Below, piece after piece: positions 1 through 12,699 of a DNA stretch of 64,000 nt. The stretch lies in the NCBI RefSeq assembly GCF_032191835.1, contig NC_083243.1, positions 173,910,001 to 173,974,000 on the forward strand, in the 5' to 3' direction. Source of the stretch: Heteronotia binoei (lineage: Eukaryota). A model generated the notes under the pieces. It was not told where the DNA came from. It was given only the letters and a program-made list of their open reading frames with translations, and ran no database searches. The translations under genes were made by a program, and so were the position numbers. How positions within the stretch are numbered: the stretch's first letter is position 1; the number at the start of each line of letters is the position of its first letter.

Positions 1-504
1 ACCTACACCACGTGTGTACAACATGTGACCCATCAAGATAAAAGCAGCCTGTCTACCTTGTACTGTATTTCACATCACAACAAATTGTATTTGCGGTCTG
101 ACACAGGCAATAATACCATTTTTTTTTTCATGTCTAGCAGCCCAGCATACATTGCTGGTAGGCTGTGTTTGGCCTTTTGGGTCACAGCTTGAACAGGCCT
201 GGGAGAATATGACTAAATGTGTTCAGTGAAACTTCAGTCACTGCTATTACTATGGGTTGTCTGAATTCTTTGCAAATTACTACATTTTCTCTACAGAGAT
301 GAGCATAACATCTTGTGTTATCCTCAGATGCAAGTTTCAATGTCATCTGAAGGTCAGTCAGCTGTCAAGAGTTAATACACAAACAAAACATGGAAGACTT
401 AAAGGCTTTTACATCCTAAAGTTTATATATGATGCTTCAAAAGGACAACCCAGAGCGGACAGCACCTCAGCACAGGTTTAGTCTATATTTGGGAAGTAAC
501 CATG

Positions 505-1098
505 TGTCACACAGCAGAGGACAAGGAAGGGCCTTCTACTGGCTGCCACCACTCTGGTAAGGGTCTGTCTGAAAGGGGCCAGAGCACCCACCCAACCCCT
601 GTGCTTTCCTTCTCAGCAAATACCTGTTAACCATGACTGAAGAGATATAAGGATCCAGGCAGTATAACGATGATTTTATTCTAAGTGCTCAAGAATAAAC
701 AAGTGAGTTTTAATTATTCACCCAACAGTGAAAGTTAGAAACAGTAAAGGTGATGCAAAGAAAATAACAGCCCTGCTGTGACTAAATGTTCCCTTCCTTT
801 AATGCTAAATGTTCCCTTCCTTTAATCTCCTCCAGCTGCAACCTCTCTCCAGGCCAGCCTTTTCAGAGAGAACTCTTGATTACAGCCTCCCCAGATAGCA
901 CACTTCCCTGTCTGTAGCTAGGCCATTTATTCTATCCTCCTAGGCCCCTCTAGCCTTCACTGGACAAGTTTTCCCTCCAAAACTTCTGCCCACCCAATCA
1001 GAGGGACAGAAAGGATCTTGGGAAATAGAGGCCATGTAGCTACTCTAACACAGGCTTCCCTGGAGCCGGTAGGCCTCACTAGGCTTATGATCATAACA
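505..1098 (-). mobile_element. LTR-like interspersed repeat (possible solo LTR)
   Basis: Ends TGTCAC...ATAACA. TTTTATT near 673 gives AATAAA on the - strand. About 170 bp (ccaatcagagggacaga...ggcttccctgg...gatcat) recurs at about 23760-23930. No convincing TSD. Confidence 0.35.
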
Positions 1099-1138
1099 AT
1101 ATGCAAGAGTAAACAGTTTGTTCGATTTTGCTCATAGA

Positions 1139-1355
1139 TAGGATTGCCAATTTACAGGTAGTAGCTGGAGATCTCTTGGGACTACAATTGATCCCCAGGT
1201 GACAGATCAATTTCCTGGAGAAAATGATCACTTTGGAGGGTGGACTCAATGGCATTATACTCCACTGAAATTCCTCCCCTCCCCAAACCCTGCTCTCCCT
1301 AGATTCCACCCCCCCAAATATCCAGGAATTTCCCAACCAGGAGCTGGCAACCCTA
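1139..1355. mobile_element. hAT-type MITE (TIR TAGGGTTGCCA-like)
   Basis: TAGGATTGCCA...TGGCAACCCTA termini with perfect 8-bp TSD CTCATAGA (1131-1138, 1356-1363). Confidence 0.85.
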
Positions 1356-2499
1356 CTCATAGAAATACACTTTTGGAAATAATTGTAGTTTTAAAAATGG
1401 CAGGGTTTCCCCAACACAATTCATGAAACAAAACTGGGATGACCAGCCTACACTCATGTGGATAGGAACAAGTAGCTGATGCGTCCCACTTTCCTTAGTT
1501 TTTCTGTGCCAAGCAAGGTGTATATGTTGTTTCAGATCCGACCGACATACTTTTCAAAGGTATGGGATGTGTGTGTGTGTGAGTGAGAGAGAGAGAGAGA
1601 AGGAAAGCGATCTTGAGAGTCCAGAATGAGATAAGATAAAGGTACAGTACAGTCCTAAACAGAGTTACAGTACAGTCCTAAACAGAGTTACCCTTCTAAG
1701 CCTATTGACTTAACTGGCTTTAGAAGGGTATAACTCTGATTAGGGCTGTTCTATAAAATGTTCATTGCAAAAGAAATATTGAATGCAATCTAGCCTCCTG
1801 TAGTAGCAAAAAACCCCATACAGAATACAAAGCAGAATATCTCAGCATTTATTGGTTTTGCAGGACTGAGAACAATATCAGTGAAAACATGTCGACCTCA
1901 GAATTATTTAGAGTTCAGTGAAACCTTTAGTATGGTTGTCCCCAACCCACAGGACATCCATTTAGCCTTAATCAGGACCAGGGCTTTCTCTGTTGGAACA
2001 TGCTCCCTGTTGAGATCAGGGCCCTGCGGGACTTATTGCCATTCTGCAGGGCCTGCAAAATAGAGTTGTTCCACCAGGACTTTGGCTGAGGTGGTGGGCA
2101 TCCAATAAAACATTCAGCCTCCCCCACTGAAGCTGAAGTTACCATCATATAAGGCCCAGATCTGATGATCCCTACAAGCCCAGTGGCACCAGCTGGAAAC
2201 CATGCAGATATATATTTAAATTATGCTGTTTTCAACTAATTGTATTTGATGTTTTAAACCTTACTGTAATCTGCCCTAAACCCGTTTCAGGGAAGGGGAA
2301 TATAAATTGAAATAATAAATATGTTTGGTACATGGTTTAAGAGGGATTATCGAGAATGTTCCAGGCATAGACAACTTCTCTTGTATGCTGAAATGAAAAT
2401 GAACCAGCAAGTCTCCTTTTGTAAATGGTTTCAGTTCTGTCTGTCTAGCTCTCAGATAGCTAGTGGTATTCACACAAAACAAAACAGGTTCTGCTTCCT

Positions 2500-2642
2500 T
2501 GGAGGTTTTTAAACAGAGGCTAGATGGCCATCTGATAGCAATGTGGATCCTGTGAATTTAGGGGGAGGTATTTGTGAGTTTCCTGCAGGGGGTTGGAGTA
2601 GATGACCCTGGAGATCCCTTCCAACTCCATGATTCTATGATT
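2500..2642 (+). mobile_element. CR1 LINE 3' end fragment
   Basis: ...aaacagaggctagatggccatctg...gatgaccctggagatcccttccaactccatgattctatgatt; same tail as the large CR1 at 18883. Confidence 0.8.
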
Positions 2643-2933
2643 ACATGGTTTGTCAAATATTTTTCTTAACACTATTTCAATTAATGCCAGGGTTACCTGT
2701 TAGGGAGGCTATGCCATACCACTTTAGATTGCAGACGCAAGTGCATCCCCAGTGGGGCCTCAGAACAGTTTAGAACATCATTCTTCCCTCCTCCATTTTC
2801 TCACAAGAACCCTTTGAGGTAGGTTAGGCTGAGAATAACTTCCAGCTAACTTCCTTATATCCAAGTTTAAACTCCAAGCCCTACAAGGTATAGTGATTTC
2901 AATGTGATCGCCTTTATAGCACCAGGCGGCAGC

Positions 2934-3414
2934 CATATGAACATATGAAGCTGCCTTATACTGAATCAGACCTTTGGTCCATCAAAGTCAGTATTGTCTT
3001 CTCAGACTGGCAGCGGCTCTCCAGGGTCTCAAGCTGAGGTTTTTCACACCTATTTGCCTGGACCCTTTTTAGTTGGAGATGCCGGGGATTGAACCTGGGA
3101 CCTTCTGCTTCCCAAGCAGATGCTCTACCACTGAGCCATTGTCCCTCCCCTGCTCTCCAGGGTCTCAAACTGAGGTTTTTCACACCTCTTTGCCTGGACC
3201 CTTTTTTGGAGATGCCGGGGATTGAACCTGGGACCTTCTGCTTCCCAAGCAGATGCTCTACCACTGAGCCACCGTCCCTCCCCTACTCTCCAGGTTCTCA
3301 AGCTGAGGTTTTTCACACCTATTTGCCTGGACCCTTTTTGGGAGATGCCGGGGATTGAACCTGGGACCTTCTGCTTCCCAAGCAGATGCTCTACCACTGA
3401 GCCACCGTCCCTCC
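2934..3414 (-). mobile_element. tRNA-Ala-derived SINE with CR1-like tail (Squam2-like); 5' 133 bp present in three tandem copies
   Basis: On the - strand: A box TGGCTCAGTGG, B box GGTTCAATCC, tRNA-Ala-type end TCCCCGGCATCTCC. Heads recur at 3075, 3208 and 3341 (period 133). Single tail ...GGCAGCTTCATATGTTCATATG. Confidence 0.85.
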
Positions 3415-3529
3415 AGACGATTCTGGGCCCCGCACCCCCTAGCCCCGTTTAGCAGCCAGTGACCCAAGAGGACTCCTCCTTGCACAGCACTTGTCGTCAA
3501 AAAAAAAAATCCCAGCCCAGTAGTGACGA

Positions 3530-3800
3530 AAGCGCATCTTTGAAAAACGATTGGCCGCGCCGGGAAGGGGGCGTAGCGAGGCGGGTGACGTCCGGCTGAG
3601 GGGGCGGAGCCGCGCGGGGTGACACGTAGGACGGCGCCGGAGGCTGTTCCTCAGGAGAAGCGGGAGTGACGCCTTTCCCTCTCCCTCCCCTCACTCCCGC
3701 GAGAGCAGGACGGAGCCCCCTTCCGGGGCTGGACGCATCGGCTGGATCAGCACGCTCCCCAACAGTTCTAGAACTGGGCCGAGCACGCCCCCTCCGTTGC
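3530..3800. promoter_or_regulatory. CpG-island promoter of CHPF (possibly bidirectional)
   Basis: High CpG density; inverted CCAAT (ATTGG 3550-3554), CRE-like TGACGTC 3586-3592, GC box GGGGCGGAG 3601-3609; no TATA; 260-500 bp upstream of the CHPF ATG. Confidence 0.75.
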
Positions 3801-4062
3801 CAGGCAGCAGCCGCCCCTTTCCCACCCGCACCTGAAGCCGGTTCCAGGTTCCCCCCTCACCTGTGGGGCCGTCTTCATAGCCTCCTGCTAGCTGTTCTCC
3901 CCGCCTCTGGTGGCTTCTGCCCCCCTCACGTGGGGTCCTCCCGGCTCCTTAGTTTCCTTCCCCACAGCTGTGTTGTTCCCTCCCCTCCGCCCCATATCTT
4001 GCCCTCTGCCTTGCTTTCTTCCCCTTTGCGCCCCGTCCTTCCCCCCCCTCCCGTGCGGTGCC

Positions 4063-4361
4063 ATGCGCTTCTCCTTGGTTCTGTCACTCCTCCGCCCTGT
4101 GGGGCCTGTGGTGGTTGGGGTGTCTCTAGGTTTCACACTCAGCCTCCTCAGTGTGACCTGGGTGGAGGAGCCATGTGGGCCCAGCCAGGGAAGCCTACGA
4201 GATGGGGACTTGGAGCAACAGCAGCAAGGTCAGGGTAATGCTGCCCGCAAGCCCAATTCTGTGCCTGGGGGATTGGGCACGGAGCCTGAGCAGAATTGGG
4301 AGCCCCGTGTCCTGCCCTACAAGCCTCCAAACCCAGGCAAGGCTGCTAAGAAAACTATCAG
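4063..4361 (+). CDS. CHPF: Chondroitin polymerizing factor, coding exon 1
   Basis: MRFSLVLSLLRPVGPVVVGVSLGFTLSLLSVTWVEEPCGP...NWEPRVLPY...AAKKTIR matches the vertebrate CHPF N-terminus and signal anchor. Donor AG|GTAACT, phase 2. Confidence 0.97.
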
Positions 4362-7300
4362 GTAACTATGGGGAAAAAAGCCTGAAGTGGGTGGGTAGAT
4401 GCAGGTGGGGGCACAAGGTATGGGAAATAGTTGAGGCCTGCAAGATGTCCTTCAATCCCTTTCTAGCGTGGTGCTCCAGTGTAATTGATGTCACCTTAGT
4501 TTTTGGACTTGAGCAACTTTGATACGCTGCTCTTAATGTACCCAGAACTGAGGAGGCCACCTGTAATTGTTTTGGTATCCTGCTGGGTTTCAGTGTGTGA
4601 CTTTACAACATCATGGTGCCTATTTATGAGTTCATACAAAGGCTGCCTGCAGAAGCATTTGCACATTGCCATTCACTTCAGCCGACTGAATAACATTAGT
4701 GCTATGTACCATAGGATTGTGTTCACTCTCACAATAACCCTGTGAGGTAGATGAGCTAAAGGGGAGTGGTGGTGACTTAGCCAAGACTGCCCAGTGAATC
4801 CCTGGTATAGGAGGAACGTGGAGTCATGTGCCTCCCAGATCTGAAGTCAAACCTCTCCCTATGTGTGATCAACAATTCCATCAGTGTAAGTTAAGCTTAG
4901 CACAGAAGTACACAGTCCACAATTCTTTGGCTGTAGATGTTCCAGTGATAGTTTTATTTATTTATTTACTTCATTTATGTTCTGTCTTTCTCCATAGTGG
5001 GGACCCAAAGCAGCTTACATTGTTCTCCTTGCCTCAGCTTTATCATAACAACCCTGTGAGGTAGGTTAGGCTGCAAGTGCTCAACTGGCCCAAGGTCATC
5101 TTGCAAGATTCCATAGCAGTGAGGATATTAATCTAGATCTCCTTTTCTGATTCTTAAATCCCTACACAATCCTGGAGGTTGTGCCCTAAGAGAATTCTGA
5201 ATCCCATTTAAGGGTGGTTGATTATATGTCTTGTAGAGAAGGAACATATCTAGTTATGGAATAAATTTTCTGCATAGCTGTTCCCTGGCAGAGAGGTAGT
5301 GAGCATTATGGAATCTCTGAATCCCATTCCCACTGCCCCACTCATTTCTCTTTTTATGAGCTTTTGCTGTAGTTGCTCAGTACAAATACTTTCCTTTTCA
5401 CAGAGGAAGGCTGAGTTTGGAAGTATGGTGATGACTGCTAGTACTATTCACTAAGGATGTCTGTATTAGTTCCTCTAGAGTGGTCTGGATAGATGACTTA
5501 TCTACTAAGGGCTGACTCACACAGCTGCTTCTTTGGCTCCTGAGAGCTTCTCCAGAGGACTTCTGAGCAATGATTATGTGATTATAGGAGGGCAGTGGGA
5601 ATTAAGTGTTGTCAGAGGAGTGCTTCTGTTGCAAGTGTGGGGTTTCCCCCCCAAGCTGGTTAAAGTTTCTTCCCCTTCCAAAGCACTTCCATTCAGCTGG
5701 TCAGTGCTTTGTCAAGTGTTTTATATTTAAGGTAGGTAACATTTATTTAGGGGCTGGGCATTAAAGCATACAGGAGTCCTCATGTAATGTTAAAAAAGAA
5801 GAAATCTTGAACAGTAGCATGACCTTTCGCTGCTTTTCCTGCCACCCTTAGCAGTGCTCTAAAATTAGGAAATATTTGTATGTTTTGCAGTTTTGCAGGC
5901 TTCCCTTTTCCAAAACTAAAATGTGTATCTTCTCTTGTATTAAAACAATTCCCTCCACTGCAGCAATACCTGGTATGTATGCATTGTGGTAGTCCATTAG
6001 CAAAAATACCGTACCTTCTAGAAATACTTTTGCTTTTCAGTCTGTCGCCTTTTTGCCAGCCCAAAGTCTTAAATCTTGTGTTCCTGCTTTAAAAGTCCAC
6101 AATGCTTCTTAGATAAAAAATGGTTACAAAAATCAACCTGTAATAATAACATACTTGAAGTAGTATGCATTTTTTTAAAAAAATCATCTATAAAGCAGCT
6201 GCACACTATCAGCATCAGAAAAGCTAGTATTTTCAATGTACAGATCTAGCTAAAAAATTGAATAGTCAATTAAAAATGTTCTAAGCAAGAAAAAAATTGG
6301 GAGGAGCATTACAATTAGGCAAATAGTGGGAAAGGGGGAAATTTCTACCAGCCTGGGAACAAAATAATTTAGATGCTCAGGTGCTAGGCAAATAAAATGA
6401 AAAAGTGGGGCTTTGTGACAGAAAAGATCCCAGCTCTGGTGGTCACATCTCAAAAATCTGGGGCACACGTGCCTGAATGCCAGATCATAACTGACTGGCA
6501 GATATTTTAAATATGTTACTCTTAGGCTGTGTAGGGTTTTACATATGCAGCTGTATTCTAAATTGATCCCAGAAGCAAATTGGCAGCTATAGTAAACTGG
6601 TAAACAGCCATTCATAATTGGTATGATGTATTTCATGTACATTGCTGTAATGAACAACCTTGCCACAACATTCCAGAACAATCTTTAAAGGCAGTCGTAT
6701 GCAGACTGTACTAAAATAATCTAGGTTGGATGTAAGTGATGAGTACGTGTGACCCAATTGTGCTTCTCCAGGAAGGACTGCTGCTGGCAGACCAGTCAAA
6801 ATTGGCCAGGCCAGTACCTCCATAGTTAAACTTGCATCCAGACTGCAAACCTGCTTCTTCAGCAGAAGTCCCGTCCAGAATAGTGTATTCCATTTCTAGT
6901 GGAATAGTGTGAATTGCATGGTGTTGTAGTCATTCTTGTGCTCTACCATGCTCTTACATCCTGATTTATCATGCTCTCACAAATATTTCCTTTAAAGTGG
7001 TACAGAGGGTGGATATACTTGAGAGACTAGGGCTTGTTGCATAGGTAGCCCATCCCACTATGCATACAAGCACATAATATGACAACTGAATGTCCTTTTC
7101 AGCAGTTTGTGCAGGGCACTGGCACTACTGTATAGTAGTTCCATGGCTCTTTTTGCATGTGTATCTGCAGCTGTGAGGGACACCATACATGGTAAAGACA
7201 CATGCAAATTCATAATGCATGAGAATCCTGGTGGTAAAGAATATTTGCATTAATATAAATCTGTTCAATCTAAACTAACGATAATAGTCACTGTGCAAAC

Positions 7301-7931
7301 ATGGCTATGTGAGTTGGCTTTTAAGGCAAGTTGAGAAATGATTTTTCAGATATTTGGCATACTGATTTAGCTCACCAACACCTACAAACCATGAGAGGTT
7401 TCTGCTGGTGTTTCTTTGTTCAAACTGCAGGCAGAAAATTAATGATCAAGTGTGTTTGGTGCTGGTGAAATGGGAGATTATTATATAGCTTTGTACTTCT
7501 TCTATGAGAATGGTTTCCTATGTTTCCAGTTTAGCACTAAAATATGCAACCAGCAGTGGAGGTAACTGGAACTCGGTCACACCCTGACTTCAGTCTTAAA
7601 CTCACTTAAACTTTCTAATTTGCCACTCACTTGAGTGAATAGTTGTCCCCAGCTGATGTTTTCAGTGGCAGGTAACATGGCATTTGCTGTGTCAGACTAC
7701 GCGCGCAAATCAGTAGCTGTCCCTACTGAACCATCTGCTTCCATCAATGTAGGGAATGGGGAAAGTGAGCTGGAACCTGCTCATATCATTTTGGCTTACC
7801 TTGGCTATGAAAGGTAGTGCAAAGAGCTGTCTGTGAAGTATGATGCAGTGTAGCGGGAGTTCTCCACTGGGCTCCAAGGTCTAAGGGGGGGGGTGTAATG
7901 ATCCCACAGATCTTATCACCGCTGATTCCTC

Positions 7932-8575
7932 AGATAGATAGATAGATAAATTTATTGTCATTGTTCTCAACAAAAAGAGAGCAATGAAATGAGGTGCTCT
8001 TCCACAAAACATACCAACACATCAAACACACATATTCATATTCATACCATTTAAATACATCTAAAACCATTTAAACCATTCAAACCATTTAAATACATCT
8101 AAAACAGATAAACATTCATAAAACCATTTAAACCATTTAAATATATCTAAAACAGACAATCCTTCATAACCCTGCATTTAGCCTAACCACAGCACTTGGA
8201 TAGAAACTGTCTTTAAATCTGTTTGTCCTAGCCTTCAACACTCTATATCGTCTACCTGACGGTAAGATCTCAAATAGCAAATGGCCCAGATGTGAAGGGT
8301 CCCTTAGGATCATTTGTATCTTCCTTTTACATACCATATTATACAGATCCACCAATGAGGGGAGAGAACATCCACAAATCTTTTGTGCTCTTCTCGTCAC
8401 TCTTTGGAGCACCCTTCTCTCTGCTTCCGTGCAGCTCCCAAACCACGCGCAGAGGCAATAAGATAAAATGCTCTCAATGGAACTACGATAAAAGGCAACC
8501 AGCAGACTCCCTGACAGTTGTAGTGATCTTAAGAGTCTTAAGTAGTATAGTCGTTGCTGGGCCTTTGTGCGCACA
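7932..8575 (-). mobile_element. 5'-truncated Rex1/Babar-like LINE (ORF2 C-terminus, DUF1891-type) with (CTAT)n tail
   Basis: KAQQRLYYLRLLR...FYRSSIESIL...AWFG...LQRV...DPSHLGH.LFE.LPSGRRYR...TNRFKDSFYP.AVVRLN* (stop 8164-8166); AT-rich 3' UTR; (AGAT)n at 7932. Confidence 0.8.
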
Positions 8576-10127
8576 CACACCACTTCCCAGCCCAAGAAGG
8601 ATGTGATGGCGGTGACAGAAGGTGTGAAGAAGGGAGAGGGCAGCCCTCTGTCCTTCAGTAATGCTTTATGGATTGCTGAAGTCCAGGCAGCGGACTTTCT
8701 AAGCAAGTGTGTTTAATAAAAGGGTATATGTCTCTCTTTGTCTGCTCTAAAGGTTACGTTTGGGTTTACTGAATCATATCTCTAGGCCCAGCTTGTTCAC
8801 GTCACTAAAGAGTCTGCCGCTTATCTTATCTGCTCTTACATTTTGAGGTCATTCTGCTTAGTCTGTGATTAAACATGTTCAGGAACATCTTTGCTGTAGA
8901 TTTTCGTGTCCTTAGTTTAACAGTGTAATTTACCAATCAGAATGTGGAAAGTACTCTAGGGAAGGGAAGTGTCCCTCTCCCCCGCCCCCCCCCCCACTCC
9001 CATGCTTACTGTGCAAAACTAGTCAGGAAACTCCCCCCCCCCCCTCTTTTGATATAGTGTTTGTTCCAGAGGCCCAGGTTGACACAAAGCTTTGACAGGG
9101 GAGGAAACAGTGTCAGGATGAGCTGTGTCCTCCTCAGAGATAGGAATGAGCGTGTGTGAGAGACGCCCAGTTTAGTAGACTTACTCTTATTTGCACATGC
9201 CCCTTTTACCAGCTACCCAGTTCCTTGCTGCCTTTCATTAAGAAAGCTCTAATTAGTCTGACTGTGTATGGGGGGTGTCTGTCTCCTCAATCCACATATG
9301 AGTCCTATGGTTGCTACCCTCTGGCAATCTGAAAGTTATGAGTGTTACGTTTATCGCTAGCTGTGTTGGTTTTTGAGGAATTGTCCTGCCTCTTAAAAGG
9401 CTTTGCATTGTCAAGCTCTTATCTTTAACAAATTAGTTTCGTAGCTTATTCTCAGTGTCTCCCCCCCCCCCCCCACCTTTTCTGGTATCACATTTCTCAG
9501 GTTTGTAGGAACATTGTTATTCTGAGAGCACCAGTCTTGTATCTGTTCCCTGAGCTCTTCCTGGTGCTTGTGTGTGGAGGAAAGGCCAGTTTAATTTTCC
9601 ATCTGTCTTATGGTCCTGTCTCCAGGCTTCTCCGCATCTCTTTTTTAAAGCTGTGCTGAGTTGTCAACATCTGCCGGCTGGCTGAAAACCAGCGTTAGGA
9701 ATTTGGGGCCCAGGGATGAGGAACTGAATGAGCAGCGTTGTTTCACAGAGGGAGTAGGTGGGTAGGATGGGCAGGAAGTAGAGGGGCTGAATGAGCCTAG
9801 TGTTTAGAGTGAGGTTAGGGATGGGGGTGGGCAGGAGAAATGATTTCCTGCTGTATTTGAATAATTAAAACCTGAAAGTAATTGGAAGTGACAGGCCAGC
9901 TGCCTCCCAATCCCCACTGTAACATCACTATGAGCCACATAAATCTCCTTCCCCTAGTTTGACTGGTGCATCTCATCCTATTCCTCTGACTGACCTAAGA
10001 CCTAATTTGGGTGGTGGTGGTGGTTATAAATTGTGTTTGCATCTCTCCTTGGTAGCTATTTAGACATTGAGGCCTAATTCCTCCTTAGACTCTGGAGTTC
10101 TGATATTAACTCCCCCTTCCTCTCATA

Positions 10128-10410
10128 GAAGAAGAAGAAGATGATATTGGATTTATATCCCGCCCTCCACTCCGAAGAGTCTCAGAGCGGCTCACAATCT
10201 CCTTTACCTTCCTCCCCCACAACAGACACCCTGTGAGGTGGATGGGGCTGAGAGGGCTCTCCCAGCAGCTGCCCTTTCAAGGACAACCTCTGCCAGGGCT
10301 ATGGCTGACCCAAGGCCATGCCAGCAGGTGCAAGTGGAGGAGTGAGGAATCAAACCCGGTTCTCCCAGATAAGAGTCCACACACTTAACCACTACACCAA
10401 ACTGGCTCTC
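10128..10410 (-). mobile_element. MIR/Ther1-related gecko SINE (Squam3-like) with L2-type (TTC)n tail
   Basis: gaagaagaag...tattggatttatatcccgccctccac...accactacaccaaactggctctc; same family at 26482, 32311, 34376, 43041. Confidence 0.85.
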
Positions 10411-12125
10411 TCATGAGCTGCACATGATTGCTGCTCTCTCTTGGGACTCAGTGAGATGATTATTAGCTCTTTAGGGGCCATTCAGTGTTAGAAGCTTCAT
10501 AGCTGGCCTGGAAGGATTCAGTCCAGGGCAGGTCAATCTGTCTGTTGTGGCTGCCTTCTGGTATCTCTCAATTTTTTTAATGCTGAGTTTTAGTGTAATT
10601 GTGACATCAAAAGTTCTTGGCAGTCTTTCAGAATACAAAATGAATCTTGAACAAGTCATTCTGTCTATCTTAGAGATTGCACTGGGCCGTTATGGTGGAA
10701 TGGATAACATAGGTGGTATCAGGCCTTCCTGAGAACTGTTCTGCCTCCTGGAACTTGGAAATATGTTCAGATCTTCTGTTTGGAAATAGTGACGTGGGAA
10801 GAAGAGAGAGAGAAATCTGGGATTTGTGACTGTGCCTTTATAATGTCATGTAAGGGGGCTTTCAGAATTTGGGATGGGGAGGTCTAGAATAACTGCAGAG
10901 TGTTCGTGTCTTTACTCATTTGTTCCACTGGCCCCAGACATTTTATCTCAAGCTGGACTAGTATTTTTGTTTTCCCCATTTTCCTTTAGCATTTTAGTAT
11001 GATGCCCCTTTTGGCTGCTATGTGGGTCTGCCTGGCTCGGACTGCATATGAAATTCTGGAATCCTTACATCATTGGGCAGTCCTCTGGTTTAAAACAAAC
11101 AAACTTAATTACTAATTAAGAAATGGGTTTCAGGCTGTTGCTAACCATGATCAGATATCGGGGACTAAGAGCTGGCACACCTGTGATCCCTTTTGGTGGT
11201 GTTTCTCCCTGCCCCATGTTCTATATCGACAGAATTCCCAAATGTATTTTTCCTAAAAGAGAGAACCGGTACCCACTTTTATTTACCAGCTCTCTTGAAA
11301 CCATTTAATCTTTGAAACCTCTAGGTGCTTGAACACGAGGGGTTTTATTCTCCCCCCCCCCCGCTCCAACTTGGCTCCATTGATATACATGTTTCTTCTG
11401 AGAGAGGACAGCATTTTCATCATGCCTTGGTGCATCATTGTAATTCATAATTGCAAATGTGGCAATATATTTCCTGTAGAGTTATAATGTGCTGATCACT
11501 GAAACAAATATGGGCTGAACATTTTTAAAATGCTCAGCATGTCGGAACACCTCTAGCATATTCGAAGAACATACATAGGGCCGCTGTCATTTATGTAGTA
11601 CAGTAAATGGCAGTAGTATGCCTTCAGGGTAGCATGAGAGAAAAAAAGTGAGATCCTTGCTCACAAGAGCCTACAGTCTGAAATATGACACCGAGGAGAG
11701 ACTCCACAGGGAAGAGAGAATCAAGGTGAAGAAAAGGTGAGCCACGTGCATGTTCATGCCTTAGTTGTGGCTAAATTCTTTATCTTACTCATGCACACAG
11801 CTGCTTTCCTATAGTTGTGGATATAAGAACTGTCTGGATCTATCCTACCCAGTTGTCATTTCCATCTGATTAGATAGATGGTGATTAATACGTACTACAG
11901 GAAAGTCACCCCCGTGCCACCCACAGGTATGTGCAAATAGACCCAAAGTTTCTCTGTCCTCAGATATTTAGCGGAGGGTTGGGGACTAGTATGCACGGAA
12001 ATGTAGGGCTGATACCCTTTCTCAATAGGTAGGGCATATAGATGATGAAGAAGGGACTGTTTTCCCACTGCTTAGCTGTTTCACCTTCTCTCTCTTTTTT
12101 GTGGCTGCTCTTTCCATTCCCAAAG

Positions 12126-12690
12126 GACTCGATATATCAGCACGGAGCTTGGCATGCGACAGCGCCTTTTCGTAGGCGTGTTGACCTCGAAGAACACATT
12201 GCACTCTCTGGCTGTGGCAGTGAATCGCACGCTGGGCCACCGATTGGAGCGTCTGGTCTATTTCACAGGCACCCGCGGGCGCAAGGTGCCACATGGCATG
12301 ATGGTAGTGACGCATGGTGATGAGAGGCCCATCTGGAACATGTACCAAACAGTCAAGTATGTGCTGGACCATTACATGGCTGACTTCGACTGGGTTTTCC
12401 TGGTGCAGGATGACACCTACACAGAGGCACACCGTGTCAACCGCTTGGCTTCTCACCTCAGCATCGACACTCTGCTGTACATGGGTCGGCCTGAGGAGTT
12501 CATTGGTGGGGACACTCAAGGACGATACTGCTACGGGGGCTTTGGATACCTGCTCTCCCGGGCCCTGCTGCTGCGCTTGCAGCCTCATTTGGAAAGCTGC
12601 CGAAATGACATCCTGAGTGCCCGGCCTGATGAGTGGTTGGGGCGCTGCATCATTGACTACACAGGTGTTGACTGTGTGGCAGAGCATGAG
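12126..12690 (+). CDS. CHPF: CHPF coding exon 2
   Basis: Acceptor ttttccattcccaaag|G completes AGG. TRYISTELGMRQRLFVGVLTS...AVNRTLGHRLER...CRNDILSARPDEWLGRCI...AEHE. Donor GAG|GTGAGG, phase 0. Confidence 0.97.
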
Positions 12691-12699
12691 GTGAGGCTT

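Noticed and set aside
1-2900. TMEM198 coding exons expected from synteny
   Set aside because: No TMEM198-like peptide recognised on the - strand.
3075-3414. Three tRNA-Ala genes, or the SINE as primer for the provirus
   Set aside because: They are SINE heads with a non-tRNA anticodon region and a LINE-type tail; their 3' end (CCCCGGCATCTCC) does not match the PBS (TGCCCGCATTCTCC).
3666-4238. 190-aa ORF, and an N-terminal extension of CHPF from 3910
   Set aside because: Non-ATG starts in stop-poor GC-rich leader; homology to CHPF begins at the ATG at 4063.
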